From NCBI GenBank assembly GCA_964016885.1, contig OZ024750.1, forward strand, positions 11,284,001-11,348,000: a stretch of DNA of 64,000 nt. Direction: 5' to 3'. The translations under genes were made by a program, and so were the position numbers. The notes below the pieces were generated by a model. The model was not told where the DNA came from, did no database searches, and saw only the letters and a list, made by a program, of their open reading frames with translations. The DNA is from Eledone cirrhosa (lineage: Eukaryota). This document shows, piece by piece, positions 27,969-41,899 of the stretch. Position 1 is the first letter of the stretch, and every line of letters begins with the position of its first letter.

Positions 27969-28081
27969 GGGTGGATATGTGTATAATTAGAAAAGGATAC
28001 ATATATGGGTAAAGATAGATAGGTGTGTGCGTTAATAAGGTAGACGGTGTCGAAACAAAGGTGTAGTATAAATGGAAGGAT

Positions 28082-28985
28082 AATAATTGTTTCTACTGTT
28101 GGCACAAGGCCAGCAATTATCCCAGTACATTACTGGTACTTTATTTTATCGACCCCGTAAGGATGAAAGGCAAAGTTTACCTCGGCGGGATTTGAACTCA
28201 GAATGGCAAGGGCCGTAATTCTATGCGTCAAAGCATGGCGTCCGACCCTCTACCGATACTGCCAATCCACCGCCCTAGAAGGATAATAATAATGGTTTCT
28301 TATACAGGCACAAGGCCAGCAATTTGGGGGAGGGGAGGAGAAAGTCGATTAAATCGACCCCATTACGTCACTGGTACTTTATTCTATCGATCCCGTAAGG
28401 ATGAAAGGCAAAGTTAACCTCGGCGGGATTTGAACTCAGAATGGCAAGGGCCGTAACTCTATGCGTCAAAGCATGGCGTCCGACCCTCTACCGATACTGC
28501 CAATCCACCGCCCTAGAAGGATAATAATAATGGTTTCTTATACAGGCACAAGGCCAGCAATTTGGGGGAGGGGAGGAGAAAGTCGATTAAATCGACCCCA
28601 TTACGTCACTGGTACTTTATTCTATCGATCCCGTAAGGATGAAAGGCAAAGTTAACCTCGGCGGGATTTGAACTCAGAATGGCAAGGGCCGTAACTCTAT
28701 GCGTAAAGCATGGCGTCCGACCCTCTACCGATACTGCCAATCCACCGCCCTAGAAGGATAATAATAATGGTTTCTTATACAGGCACAAGGCCAGCAATTT
28801 GGGGGAGGGGAGGAGAAAGTCGATTAAATCGACCCCATTACGTCACTGGTACTTTATTTTATCGACCCCGTAAGGATGAAAGGCAAAGTTAACCTCGGTG
28901 GGATTTGAACTCAGATCATAAAGGAACGTATCTCTTTGCTGGAAAGCATGGCGTCCGACCCTCTACCGATACTAACAACCACCTT
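28082..28985 (-). mobile_element. Head-to-tail array of four SINE-1 units (period ~238 bp)
   Basis: Identical translated segments start at 28223 and 28461 (238 apart), and a third follows; internal units are nearly identical. Confidence 0.92.
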
Positions 28986-29372
28986 AGAACGATAATGATA
29001 ATGCAATGAAGAATTAAATTATAAATTAATAAAATAATAAAAATGGAATTATACAACCAAAGAATACAAGAGAAACTAAATAGAATAAGCAAGATAACAT
29101 CAAACCACAGACAATAAAATTAAATTAAATTAAAGTTAGGTAAGTTAGAATCATATGAAAAAACGAAGTTAGGTGGCGTGGCAGACATATTACGGGTCCT
29201 TAAACTAGCTGCCTAATAATGAAGGAAACCCGCCGAGGGAAACATATCGATCGATAGATTTATAAGTAACCCTGATCGCAGCGTGAACACACATTCTATT
29301 AAATCAAGGATAACATATACTATATACTAAAACAGAATAAAGTAAAATAAAATAAAATAAGCCGTGGAGATC

Positions 29373-29431
<59 letters not shown>

Positions 29432-30504
29432 ATTTAGCGAGTTATTCATGTATATATCTGAATCTCAACCTATCTAAACACCTGCCTATCTATCTATATA
29501 TCTATCTATCTATCTATGTATCTCATGAGTTGGCTATATAGCTACCTATATGTATATCTGGCTAACGACCTATCTAATTACCTACTCATCTAGATAGATA
29601 GCTAGCTAGATTTCCATTTATATATGTCTTTCAACATAACTAACCATCAATTCGTATATCACTCCATTTACCGATCCATATTTTACCTAATCTACCTGTT
29701 TGAACTACATTAGTCGAAGAATTCTGGAGGCAGAAGTGTTTGAAAAGATATGACCTTTGCCTCGTACAAACAAGGAAAGAATTATCTTCCTATATCTCTG
29801 TCTTTAGTTATCTAAATCCTTGTTTCTTCACGTATCTTTTAACTGCGTTTCATTCATCCTTTCTTTTTCCCTTATTCTCCTGATCATGCTTCTGTAAAGT
29901 AAGATATAATCTCTTAGCAATACACATTTATTTTTCATTCACGTCATTAAATCTCATGAACTTCCTACTCTCAATGCCAAAATATAGGACATCGTTGCCA
30001 GTTAAAGAAATCAATGGTTTCTACAATAAAAGGCCGGAAACAAGAAACTCAATCCTCCAAATTATTTGATCAAGAATTTATAGCTCCTATAGCTTAATCT
30101 ACTGAAGTGATTAAAATGCCAATGTTCTGTGCTTCGCGATATTTTCGCTATACTTTGCAATATTTTCTCTATGCTTCGTAAATTTATCTTAAAAACCTGT
30201 TTCAATCAAGCATAAATATAATACGACGTTGTACATGAGTGGAACTTCCACAAATCCTAGATTACCGAATATCCAGAGAATGAAGTATGTTTGCTGTATT
30301 AATTCCGCAACTTCTTTACATTTAAATCTTTTCTTCTTTAAGATGTAACAAGAAAACATTTAGAATCTTTTATCTCGGTTCATACAATTCTTCATTCTCT
30401 TATAACTTCCAGGCTGCAGAGTTGTGTAGGTCACATATTGATTGCTAGTATATATATGCATACACAAAACCTCTCTCTATATATATATATATAAATATAA
30501 CCTC

Positions 30505-30581
<77 letters not shown>

Positions 30582-30610
30582 CTCAGACACATACACACAC
30601 ACACTCACAA

Positions 30611-30679
<69 letters not shown>

Positions 30680-30711
30680 GAAAACGAATGGACGCATCTT
30701 AACTACCATTA

Positions 30712-30764
<53 letters not shown>

Positions 30765-31121
30765 GAAGAGATATATTAGATATGTCTCATTTGAAATAAT
30801 ACAGCCAATTTTCCACGCAATACTTTTAGTTAGCACCCCGAACACATAATTGGGAATATAATCACTTATTTCCTAATGTTTGTTGAGTGAGTTGGAATTT
30901 GGCCGGAGTATCGCTAAAAAGCTTTCTCCGATATTGTATTTATATATATATATAGTATTAAGGATACTAATTATGGTTATGTATATATTAAAACCTTTTA
31001 TAGTTATATATATTATAAACCCTAAACAGTGAAAGACAGTAATTTATTACTACCCTATTACCAGTAAGATAAATAGCTCAATGTAATAACATCAGTTGTT
31101 CTACAGAGCAGTTATATATAT

Positions 31122-31208
<87 letters not shown>

Positions 31209-31420
31209 TGGGGGTGGGAAAGAAAGAGAAGGTTACTTGTCAGTACCATAGCGTTATTCATAATAACGAGGTATATCCATTATATACAAAAGTTATGAAA
31301 TAACAATTGTTGGATATACATAAAACAACGAGCATTGAATGAACAGAGGACTCAATATATACGTTGTATCTAGCATTTATGATAATGAATGTGCATAGAA
31401 ATCATATATATATATATATA

Positions 31421-31612
31421 GTTTTAATATAGATGAGATTCTACAGGACTAGAACTCTTTCATTCATTAGAAATCATCAGGAATCTTGATGATTTCTAAT
31501 AAATGAAACAGTTCTAGTCCTGTAGAATCTCATCTATATTAAAACTTTTATACTCTGCTATGTATTGAGTACCTTACTTACTGTGGTTACCTCCGATTCA
31601 ACCCGGAATAAC
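31421..31612 (+). mobile_element. Family C fold-back short element in (TA)n
   Basis: Palindrome 31421-31545 centred at about 31484, then a tail containing GTATTGAGTACCTTAC ending in (TA)n. Confidence 0.85.
31436..31486 (-). ncRNA. Type I hammerhead ribozyme (family C)
   Basis: Reverse complement AGATTC-CTGATGA-TTTC taat GAAT-GAAAGAG ttctagtc CTGT-A-GAATCT has a perfect 6-bp stem I. The opposite arm keeps GAAACAG, restoring stem III ACAG/CTGT. Confidence 0.75.
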
Positions 31613-31631
31613 GTATATATATATATATATA

Positions 31632-31750
31632 TAACAAAGGAAATGTGGTAAGGAACCAGATGGACCATAACGCACTAGAGTACTCAATACTTAGAGTAGT
31701 AGAGTGGGAAACGGCTTGAGCTCTGTCGTCGGGGTCATATTTTTTCCTAT
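31632..31750 (-). mobile_element. Family B element (tail plus inverted GAAACGGC..GTC segment)
   Basis: Matches the 49690-49877 copy. Confidence 0.8.
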
Positions 31751-32011
31751 ATATATATATATATCCAGGGAGTGTAACTTGGAGTTACTGTAGGTTCACC
31801 CGGGTGAGCACTCAATGTTTAGGTTCACTTCGGTGTCGAGGGGTAGAGCTAGACAGAGTGTATTATAGTGACCAGCATAGAGTTATGGTCCAGCATATGA
31901 TTCCAGTTCCTCAGTGAAATAACAACCCAACCAGGAACTGGGCATATCAGAGTATTGACAAAATTATACACCTCAACAACATATGTACTTGTCTATACAA
32001 CACTAATTCGG

Positions 32012-32066
32012 ACTGCCTGAAGAGGTCACAGCCAAAGATGGCTGTCACCGAAATATATATAGCAGT
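32012..32066 (+). ncRNA. Type I minimal hammerhead ribozyme (family K)
   Basis: ACTGC-CTGAAGA-GGT C ACAGCCA aaga TGGCTGT C ACC-GAAAT atat AT-A-GCAGT: intact core, perfect stem I, palindromic AT stem III. Confidence 0.88.
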
Positions 32067-32130
32067 AATAAACGAAGCTAAATTTTAAACATTTGACTTA
32101 TTTAATTTACTTTATTTATATATGTGTGCC

Positions 32131-32167
<37 letters not shown>

Positions 32168-32212
32168 GTGTGTATGTATATATATATGTGTGTGCATATA
32201 TATATATAGTAT

Positions 32213-32252
<40 letters not shown>

Positions 32253-32253
32253 T

Positions 32254-32289
<36 letters not shown>

Positions 32290-32290
32290 T

Positions 32291-32332
<42 letters not shown>

Positions 32333-32333
32333 T

Positions 32334-32386
<53 letters not shown>

Positions 32387-32922
32387 CATATATATATCCA
32401 TACTTTCCTGTCTATATTGAAATATGTCATGTTGCATAGATTTATGAATGTGATATAAAAATATATATTTGTTCATCTAGTTCAATGATTTCATCCTCTG
32501 TGAAGTAACTAATATCTACCAGAATTCTTGTGAAAACGTATTATTTCAATAAATTTGTTTTGGTTCATCATTTGTTTAGATAATGTTGTACATATTCGTT
32601 CAGCAAAAATCGAAATATGGTGTCTTTCAAAGAAGATAAACAAAATTAAAGCAATGTTTCTTTGAAATCAATAGAAGTATTTCAACTGTAGAAAAAAATA
32701 AGAAATTACGTTTTCCCATATAACGGATAGCTGAAGTTCATAATGTGATTTATGCATTCAGCTGACGCTACTTAATCAGACATAATGTACTACTGTATAA
32801 ATGAAACAAACTTTGAACTTGATAAATAAATGTAGTGTTGTTTTTCTTCAAATAGATTACACTATACAGTTGTCTTGATCGTTGTATGTAGAACACAAGA
32901 CTTACTAACATTATTGCCACCT

Positions 32923-33108
32923 CTGGCAGTATCGGTAGAGGGTCGGACGCCATGCTTTGCAACAAAGAGATGCCGCGCTTTATGGTCTGAGTTCAAATCC
33001 CGCCGAGGTTAACTTTGCCTTTCATACTTACGGGGGTCGATAAAATAAAGTACCAGTAATACACTGGGATAATTGCTGGCCTTGTGCCAAAAGTAGAAAC
33101 AATTATTA
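32923..33108 (+). mobile_element. SINE-1
   Basis: Head, B-box, body and tail are present. Confidence 0.88.
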
Positions 33109-33136
33109 CCACCTCTGTATTGATACATACATACAT

Positions 33137-33226
<90 letters not shown>

Positions 33227-35386
33227 CTTTAATATATAGAGGTGTAAATATATTAAATACCACGGAGTGATAAATTTAACCACGGGGTACACATGTAATA
33301 TTTAGAAACATGTTGGATATAGAGATATAGATAGGTTCTTTAGTCATACATATATAAGCTAGAAAGACAGTAACGTTTCGGAGAAAGATATTTCCATGCC
33401 TCAATAGATATTTTCAAACTGAGTGCCTCACAAAATTTTAAAGGTGTAGTGTAATGTATAGTTTGTTTAATTGGCCCTAATACAGACCGACACGGGAGAT
33501 ACAGAACCAAATTTGGTCTTGGAGGGATAAAGAGAACAAAGAGAGCAAAGATATGGTTGCTCGCCTGTTTCTGCTAAGCCATAAGAATTCTTCATTGTAA
33601 ACGCAATTCTAATTAGCAATACACGCATATACAAATATATTGCCGGAAATCACAAGCGGCAGGAGATATTTATACGGCAAACATTACACTAAATCCTTCT
33701 GACAATATATAAAACAAACTGATAAAATACCGAAGCCTGTTATGAAATGTTTTATACAGTTTCAAACATTGCTGAAAGGACAATAAATCGTTTTTCATTT
33801 ATTTTGATAAAAATACTCATCAAACATCTCGGTAGTATAGTTTAGCGGCTTATAGGGATTCGATTTCTTGGCTTTGAATCAGAGTAATTGAAAACATTTA
33901 ATATTTACATTGACAACTTCTTCAGGAAATACGAGCGAAATATTTTGTTCGGTTTAAGAGCAAATGGAAAATAAATATGATGAGAATTTATGTGAAGATA
34001 ACCTAGCTATTTATGTAGTAATTTCGTTAATCATAAGAAAGAAAGAAAATATCATTGTAAATCGGTGATATTTATGATCAATTTATGAGATCATGAAGCC
34101 TCTCTGACATTTTTCAAAGATCAACACAGAATCAAGTGAAAACTAGAAAAGATCTAATTCGTATTAATAATAACTGAAATATATCCATCAATATACAATA
34201 TTTGAAGCATTTACGCAATTACGTGACATCACGGATCTAATATTCTAGCGACGTCATCAGTGATATATCTATGCTTCTTCTAAAATTATCTTGGTTATGT
34301 TAATGCTTCCAAAATAATATTAATGGAAATATGAATGGCACAGATTTTCAAGCCAATTACACTATCCTTATGTCAATTTCTTGCTATCAGATCCAATAGT
34401 CAACTCAATACAATTCTTTACTTTACGAGGCTTTTACCATATCCTAACTAAAAAGGGAGAATTAAAAGGGTCAACAAGTTTACTGGAGAAGATAATAACA
34501 AAAGACAAGGTAGAAGAATTTTTAAAATACTAAAGTCAATTTTCACTTTCTTGACAAATTTATTAGTCACTTAATCTTCCTAATATTATAGCCATCGGGA
34601 AATTTATCGATAATGATTGCAGAGTGGTTACACATTATTTTGGCAAATTAAAATATTGAAAACAATCCATTCAATGTTGATGAAATGAGATGAAGAAGAT
34701 GATGAAAAAACGGAGGATATTGACATTCAAAAATTACCATCTAACTCCCAGGAAACAATTCGGATTCCAGCAATGCATCAAATAAAATGATTTATCGAAT
34801 ATTGAAGGGAAGTACTTTAGATTTGATTTCCTTTCCAGCCATCTTTAAAAATAACAAACAATAAGTTACCATTATAGAGAAAACGGTGATTAAATTAATA
34901 ACATAAAATTTAAGATCAGCCATTGTGTGATTAAAGCAAATTTATATAACAACGTAAAGAAAGAGATCGAAATGGCAAGATATTTCACACTCATAATTCC
35001 AAAGAATAATATAACCATCCTACACAAATAGTGAACAAACGGAAAAGGCTAATATTGACTTTCATACAATGTATTAACGTTTTACTATCAGCTTTTGTTA
35101 TATAAAACATTCCGTGTATCACTATCATCTACATTTGAAATGAATCCCTCACGGCATATTCCACTAAGGAAGGTACATGCAATAATTCGGTAATATATGT
35201 AATGTTCATTACATGTACACCCAGGTTTACTTCTTCAAAATACTGAGTACCCAGTTGAAACGGTCCCATGAGTCTCTTGGTTGGAAATAGTGTAACACTG
35301 CTTTCATACAGATGAAGTATTTTCATATTAAAATCTACATCTCTACCGTTTCTTTAAAAGAACAACCTAATTCAGATGAATAGTCA

Positions 35387-35510
35387 TAATTGTTTCTACT
35401 TTTGGCACAAGGCCACCAATTACCCAGTACATTACAGGTACTTTATTTTATCGACCCCCGTAAGGATGAAAGGCAAAGTTGACCTTGGCGGGATTTGAAC
35501 TCAGAGTGGA
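35387..35510 (-). mobile_element. SINE-1, 5'-truncated, flanked by a probable 18-bp target-site duplication
   Basis: TCAGATGAATAGTCATAAT occurs at about 35372 and again at about 35515. Confidence 0.85.
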
Positions 35511-35559
35511 AAGGTCAGATGAATAGTCATAATGATATATATATATATATATATGGGGG

Positions 35560-35835
35560 GAGGGGTATCACCTTGATCACCTTGACCGACCAGTCTGTCG
35601 GGCGCCAATCGGCGCCGCTGGCCACAGCACATCGTGCTGTTTTAGCCATAAGATAAAGCCATCCCACTGGCTGGGCGGGCAGGCCGGTACTCATTTCTAC
35701 AGCTGAGTAAACTGGAGCAACGTGAAATAAAGTGTCTTGCTCAAGGAAACAAACGCATCACCCGGTCCGAGAATTGAACTCACAACCTTTCGATTGCAAG
35801 CCGAATGCTCTTTAACCACTAAGCCATGCGCCTTC
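35560..35835 (-). mobile_element. tRNA-headed CORE-type SINE (SINE-2)
   Basis: Reverse complement GAAGGCGCATGGCTTAGTGGTT..GAGTTCAATTC..TCCTTGAGCAAGACACTTTATTTCAC..CAGCTGTAGAAATGAGTACC (A/B boxes plus a CORE-like domain). Confidence 0.85.
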
Positions 35836-36268
35836 ACGGGGGGGGGGGGGTTATATATACATATATATATGGGGGGTATGTGTCTGCTGGTTTCCATCTG
35901 CTTATTGTGGGGCAGATAACGTTGATAGAATTCTATGCGGCCTTGAAGAGATGGTTTCGGCGAGATTAGGCGGTGAGTGCTAGAGTTTTTGTGGTAAATG
36001 CTTATTGCGTAAGGTTTCTTTGAAGATTCTGCTCAAGCTACAGAGTCATTTACATCACACACACACACACACACAACACACACACACACACACACATTTA
36101 TAAATGGAGATATTCAGTTAATTCTGCCAAGTGTCCTCTACTGTGGCATCATTTTATGGCAAATGTCTAGAAAATGTAAGTTATGAGGGTAAAAACGTGA
36201 GGAAGCACGTTATATATATGAAAATATGCCAGTGGCGAGAAATAAAATGTTAATTTTAATTATATATA

Positions 36269-36333
<65 letters not shown>

Positions 36334-37549
36334 GGGGTAGAGAGAGAGCAATGGTAGTGATAAGCAAATTCTTTACGAAAGTTTTGCTTCAAAGAATGAG
36401 TTTTCAGACAAAAATTATAATACATCATAAATATGGTTTAAACGAGATTTTACGTGAAAATTGAAGATATGCATATAATAAACAAATATACATATGCCAT
36501 TAGCTCGTTAAATAAAGGCATAACATTAAACACACGTGCATCAGCAGCTTCAGTGGGAAGTATAGATGCTAGTGAGAACACGTTGATGCTTTTCCACACT
36601 ACTATGGCACTAAGTAGAATCATGCCATATAATAGATTACCACTGATATATGTATGTGCGCATGTGTTAATATTGATATCGGCGTTTCTTATTTCTATCT
36701 CAATATTTGCAGGACATTGCATATTTGCATATATGTAAATGCAAGTATTTGATGAGAAAAAAAATAAAACAAATGACAGTACATCTAAGGCATATTATTA
36801 TAATGCCAGTCATCAGAGCCTAGAAATGTTTTATAGAGTGATTTCCTTTTATTACAATATTATAGGATATTTTATTGTGAGTTTACAATTGCAAATGAGC
36901 GTTCCGTTCTAGAGAGAAACTATTTTTTACATATTTTAGATACAGACAGAGGTTTTATGTGATGTTTAAAAATTATATATTTTTGTGTGTTGGGTTGAAT
37001 GAATGTGTACGCACGTTTGTGTAATATAAGTCTTTGTGGGAACGCCAATAAGAACTTGTATATGAGAATGAGAGAGTGGAGGGGGAATTTAGACCAGTCA
37101 CATGCAATACTTACTAAACATTGATGTGTAGTAATGAAATATTTTATAGATACTAATTTCTACTAAACTGTCATAGGTATTTGGGGCACTTCTAAATATC
37201 TTGTCTCCATATAATAAATGTTTCTATAATATTCACAAAGCCTGAACCTTTGGTAGAACGATGAGTCGATTTAATCGACCCAGTACCTTACTGGTACGTC
37301 ATGTTATCGATATAGTGTGATTATTTTCTGGTATCTATATTGCATTTCTGACAGCGGGAATGACCTACAAAGTGTCTAATTCAATGTAGAACAAATATCT
37401 CAAGACACATGCTATATGCACACACATAATTTTCCAGGGTCCTCTTCGGACGCTTCGTTAATGGATGGAACATCCGAAATATAGGGACTAATAAATATTT
37501 CCATGGTAACATTATCTCTGATATATATATATATACATACACACACACA

Positions 37550-37662
<113 letters not shown>

Positions 37663-38688
37663 GCGTGTGTGCATGTGTGAGTGTGTGTGTGTGTAACACA
37701 CCAGCCAAACAAAGTCTACTCACAAAGTTAACCGAAGCTTATGATAGAAGATACATACACAAATTGCTGCGGAATGGATTGAGCCGAGATCCATGAGTTT
37801 AATAAGCAAACTTCTTAACCACTTAGTTATGCTAGAATTTCAATTTACTCGTATAATTGTATTAGCAGATATTGATTCTGGGAAAATTCGATTAGATTAG
37901 ACTAGCCCCATTACCTGATAATCAAAATAAATTCGACCCAGTTTTTAATCTGATTTCAGTCATAACATAAAATAATTATTGTAAAAATTTATTCTCATTT
38001 AATACACTCCCAATTTTCAAATATTTTATTCTAAATATTTCGCTATGTTACAGATTATAAAGAACTGTAATAAAACAATTAAATGGAACTTTCTTGGTAG
38101 TTTTGGCAACGTATCTAACTTATCTTCATCTACCAATCAGAACCGTTGTGTTTATTGATACTACAATTTCGAAACACTTCAGCTCTTTTACAAACAATAA
38201 TTATATTATAGTTTAGAGATAACATATATCATAGTATGTGATGCAAAAATAATTATCGTTTTTACTACACATGATTTAATTTACTACTGTCTTGTATATA
38301 TTCAAAGTCAATTACATTCATTTAACATTTAATAGAATGCAATATTGCTACAGTCCGCTTATGTAGTTAATACCTAGCTTCAATCATTGTTTTATATTAT
38401 AAAGTTTATAGTCAATATGAAGCTTTTAGTCATATATATATATAAATATGTCAGCCATTATATATATATAATAGCTTATTTACATTAGTTACAAAATAAA
38501 TATTATATTTTGATACCGATCTACTTTTATCTTTCGTTCAGATTTTACACAGATATTCTTTAGTAATAAACATTCTACTTTTGCTAAAGTTAATCTTTCA
38601 TTACAGATATCGTATGTACCGGGGCATTTCTTGTTTGGCTGTTATTAAACTAATTGCTTTATCTACTTATGTCATTTTATGTCATATA

Positions 38689-38719
<31 letters not shown>

Positions 38720-38735
38720 TATATATATATACATA

Positions 38736-38801
<66 letters not shown>

Positions 38802-39021
38802 CGTTTAATTGAATATTCGATATGTTTGTCAGAAAGTCAACTGATCATAGTTGAGATTCTGATTAGTAAAAAACCTTTTAACTATATTTATTTTGTTTCC
38901 AGGGAAACCAACTACATGCAATTTGATGGGAGCAAGTAACTCTTCTAAGGAGTAAGGTATGTCAGCTTTTTCTTTTTTTTTATTTGAAAGTATATGAAAA
39001 TGAAAAATTTTAATGTCGGTG

Positions 39022-39128
39022 GCCTGTCTGAGGAGGGAGCCCCGGGGGTTTGGATGACTGTTGCAGCGGGTGTCACTGGCCATTATCCACGGGAATGCTT
39101 TTGCGGTCTTGTCCGCGGGGCGCAGCAC
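39022..39128 (+). pseudogene. CRE-like retrotransposon 3' fragment
   Basis: RREPRGFG*LLQRVSLAIIHGNAFAVLSAG. Confidence 0.7.
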
Positions 39129-39367
39129 TTCTCTCCCCCCCCCCCCCCTCCCTTGCCCTAGGCCTAAATCCCAATCAATCTCCCCCTTCACCCCTCCCCT
39201 CTCTTCTGTGACACTAGAGTTCTTGCCATGCCCTCCCCTTTCCGTTCTTTTTTCTTTCTTTTTCTCTTTTTTCTCTATATTTCCTATTCTTTTTTCTTTT
39301 GTTTCCTTTACTTTTTTATTACTATTATTATTATTGTAATTGCTGGCCTTGTGCAAAAGTAGAAACA

Positions 39368-39406
<39 letters not shown>

Positions 39407-39598
39407 GGGCGGTGAATTGGCAGTATCGGTAGAGGGTCGGACGCCATGCTTTCTAGCATAGTTACGTCCCTTTACAGTCTGAGTTCAAATCCCGCCAAGG
39501 TTGACTTTGCCTTTCATCCTTACGGGGTCGATAAAATAAAGTACCAGTAATGTACTGGGTAATTTGCTGGCCTTGTGCTAAAAGTAGAAACAATTATT
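39407..39598 (+). mobile_element. SINE-1 within (TTA)n
   Basis: Full copy. Confidence 0.9.
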
Positions 39599-39611
39599 AT
39601 TATTATTTTTA

Positions 39612-39910
39612 TTATTATTTTTTTATCTTGCTTTATGTTCATACGAGTTATCACCAATTCACAACCAGTGACCTCAAGAGACAACAAGGTCCGCCATGTT
39701 CAAGAGAGAACATATACACACATACATGTATCTTTAGGTGTTTAGACCTGTGATGTATTTATATTGACAGAATCTTCCTTAGTATATGGGCAGTTCCCAT
39801 TAGTACTATCTTTTGTATTTCTTCTATACGCGGGTTTCCTGGGATTTGGGATAAGTAATCATTAGACCCCTTAGGTATCATTCCTAGAGCGCCTACAACC
39901 ACTGGTATTG

Positions 39911-39911
<1 letters not shown>
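39612..39911 (-). pseudogene. R4/Dong-clade LINE 3' end (coding 39759-39911 plus 3' UTR) in (TAA)n
   Basis: TIPVVVGALGMIPKGSNDYLSQIPGNPRIEEIQKIVLMGTAHILRKILSI* is a typical R4/Dong RLE C-terminus; TAA repeats flank both sides. Confidence 0.85.
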
Positions 39912-39946
<35 letters not shown>

Positions 39947-40329
39947 GTTGTTCTTTGAGTCTCAGACACTGAAGAAGTTTAGTATGAACCCCCTTAGAGT
40001 ATCTCCTGACCAGGATTGAACCCCAGAGCAGGACCTCCACCATCTCTGGTATCTCCCACCAGACCACCATGAAGGTTATAAGAAACTACAGAAATTTAAT
40101 ATTCATAAACCTACTTTCAATATTGAAGTAATTAACATGTGGTGTTGTTCATGCCTTTCTTAATGTTATTGGTAAAAAATAAAGTATTTAAACCTGAAAT
40201 TTTGTTATTCAAATAATTAGATGCTTGCTTATGTAATTATAAATGTCGCAGAACACATATATATATATATGAAAATATGCAGGACTCCGACGGCTGAGCT
40301 CCGGCCGTTTCAATAGCTATATATATATC

Positions 40330-40773
40330 TTTTAGTCTTAGGCCCACCAGAGCAGTCTCCAACGATCACAACCAGCTTATTGTGCCCAAACTGGAAAGTT
40401 TGTTGAAATGAATATCAAGCCGCTACCTGTAGCCTCATACATTCAGGACGTATCGGAGGGTTCTTGCTGTTCCCAGCAAGCATGCCTTTTGAAGTGTTCC
40501 AAAAGGCGGGGCTGAGCTAATCTTCTTTAACCATCCTTGGAAATTGTTTGAGATAGTACCTAGTGCTCCTGTGACAATCGGGACGACCTTGCTTTCATGG
40601 CAGTTCCCAATCATTTTTAAATCCTGGTATCGGTTAATTTTCTCCCTCTCCTTTTCTTGCACTCTCGTGTCAAATGGGCAGGCTGCATCTACAATCAGGC
40701 ACGATCTTTTTTCCTTGTCTAAAACCACCAGGTCAGGGCTATTGTATTCTAACTTCTTGTCCGTCTGTATATT
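40330..40773 (-). pseudogene. R4/Dong-clade LINE 3' fragment, restriction-like endonuclease (coding 40435-40773)
   Basis: NIQTDKKLEYNSPDLVVLDKEKRSCLIVDAACPFD..EREKINRYQDLK..VVPIVTGALG..LQKACLLGTARTLRYVL carries the PD-(D/E)xK RLE motif. Confidence 0.9.
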
Positions 40774-40924
40774 ATTATTATTTTTTTTTTTTTCATTGTT
40801 CTATTATTACATCCTCTGTTTTTTTGTTATTTATACGCAGAAATGCCCTTTTGTATCGTCCTGTATTGTCCTGTACTGTCCTTAATGTCTACTTTGAGAA
40901 AACCCTTGTGGTTAATAAATAAAG

Positions 40925-40984
<60 letters not shown>

Positions 40985-40985
40985 G

Positions 40986-41173
40986 GACGGTGGATTGGCA
41001 GTATCAGTAGAGGGTCGGACGCCATGCTTTCCAGCATAGTTACGTCCCTTTACGATCTGAGTTCAAATCCCGCCGAGGTTGACTTTGCCTTTCATCCTTA
41101 CGGGGTCGATAAAATAAAGTACCAGTAATGCACTGGGTAATTGCTGGCCTTGTGCCTAAAGTAGAGACAATTA
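40986..41173 (+). mobile_element. SINE-1 within (TTA)n
   Basis: Full near-consensus copy. Confidence 0.9.
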
Positions 41174-41631
41174 TTATTATTATTATTATTATTACTGTAA
41201 ATAAAAGTTCTCGTATAATTGAAAAAATAAATAAAATATATAAATAATATAATATATACTATGTATAAATAAATATTATATATTTTATATTTTACTATAT
41301 TTATATATAATATTTATAAAAGAAACATGAAGTCCGGAATTGTTTGTTTTCATGAATTATTTTCTGAATTCGCTCAAAATATTTTAAAGTATTGATTATT
41401 TTTTATAATTCCACGTCAAATTAGGGCGCAGTTATACGAATACTTAGGTTCTACATAGTTGTAAAATACCATACATCATACACACACATTTTACAAACGA
41501 GGGCATTTTCCACCATTCCTAGCTCTTTGTATGCTATCAGTGTTTGTTTTTAACACAAAAAAAGGTACCCAGTGACTCGAATATAATAGGAAATATCACT
41601 CTCAAAGTAACAGTGCTGATCGGCTAAATAC

Positions 41632-41813
41632 TTGTTTCTACTTTAGGCACAAGGCCAGCAATTACCCAGTGCATTACTGGTACTTTATTTTATCGACCCC
41701 GTAAGGATGAAAGGCAAAGTCAACCTCGGCGGGATTTGAACTCAGATCGTAAAGGGACGTAACTATGCTTGAAAGCATGGCGTCCGACCCTCTACCGATA
41801 GTGCCAATACACC
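41632..41813 (-). mobile_element. SINE-1 with probable target-site duplication CGGCTAAATACT
   Basis: Full copy; CGGCTAAATACT occurs at about 41621 and about 41813. Confidence 0.9.
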
Positions 41814-41899
41814 GGCTAAATACTGCAAGCCGAACATATACCTAGTTATGTAACGATAGCAACAGTTGACTGATTAAATGACAAGTCGATCAATCATAT

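Noticed and set aside
28223-28892. Three identical 60-64 aa ORFs as a tandem gene family
   Set aside because: Antisense translation of tandem SINE units.
33368-33421. Minus-strand CAGT-TTGAAAA..CCGAAACGTT-ACTG as a U3-A8 hammerhead variant
   Set aside because: Stem I and III fit, but the base of stem II does not pair; single copy, may be chance.
34330-35050. Purine-rich coding-like stretch
   Set aside because: Multiple stops in the frames I translated and no recognisable domain.
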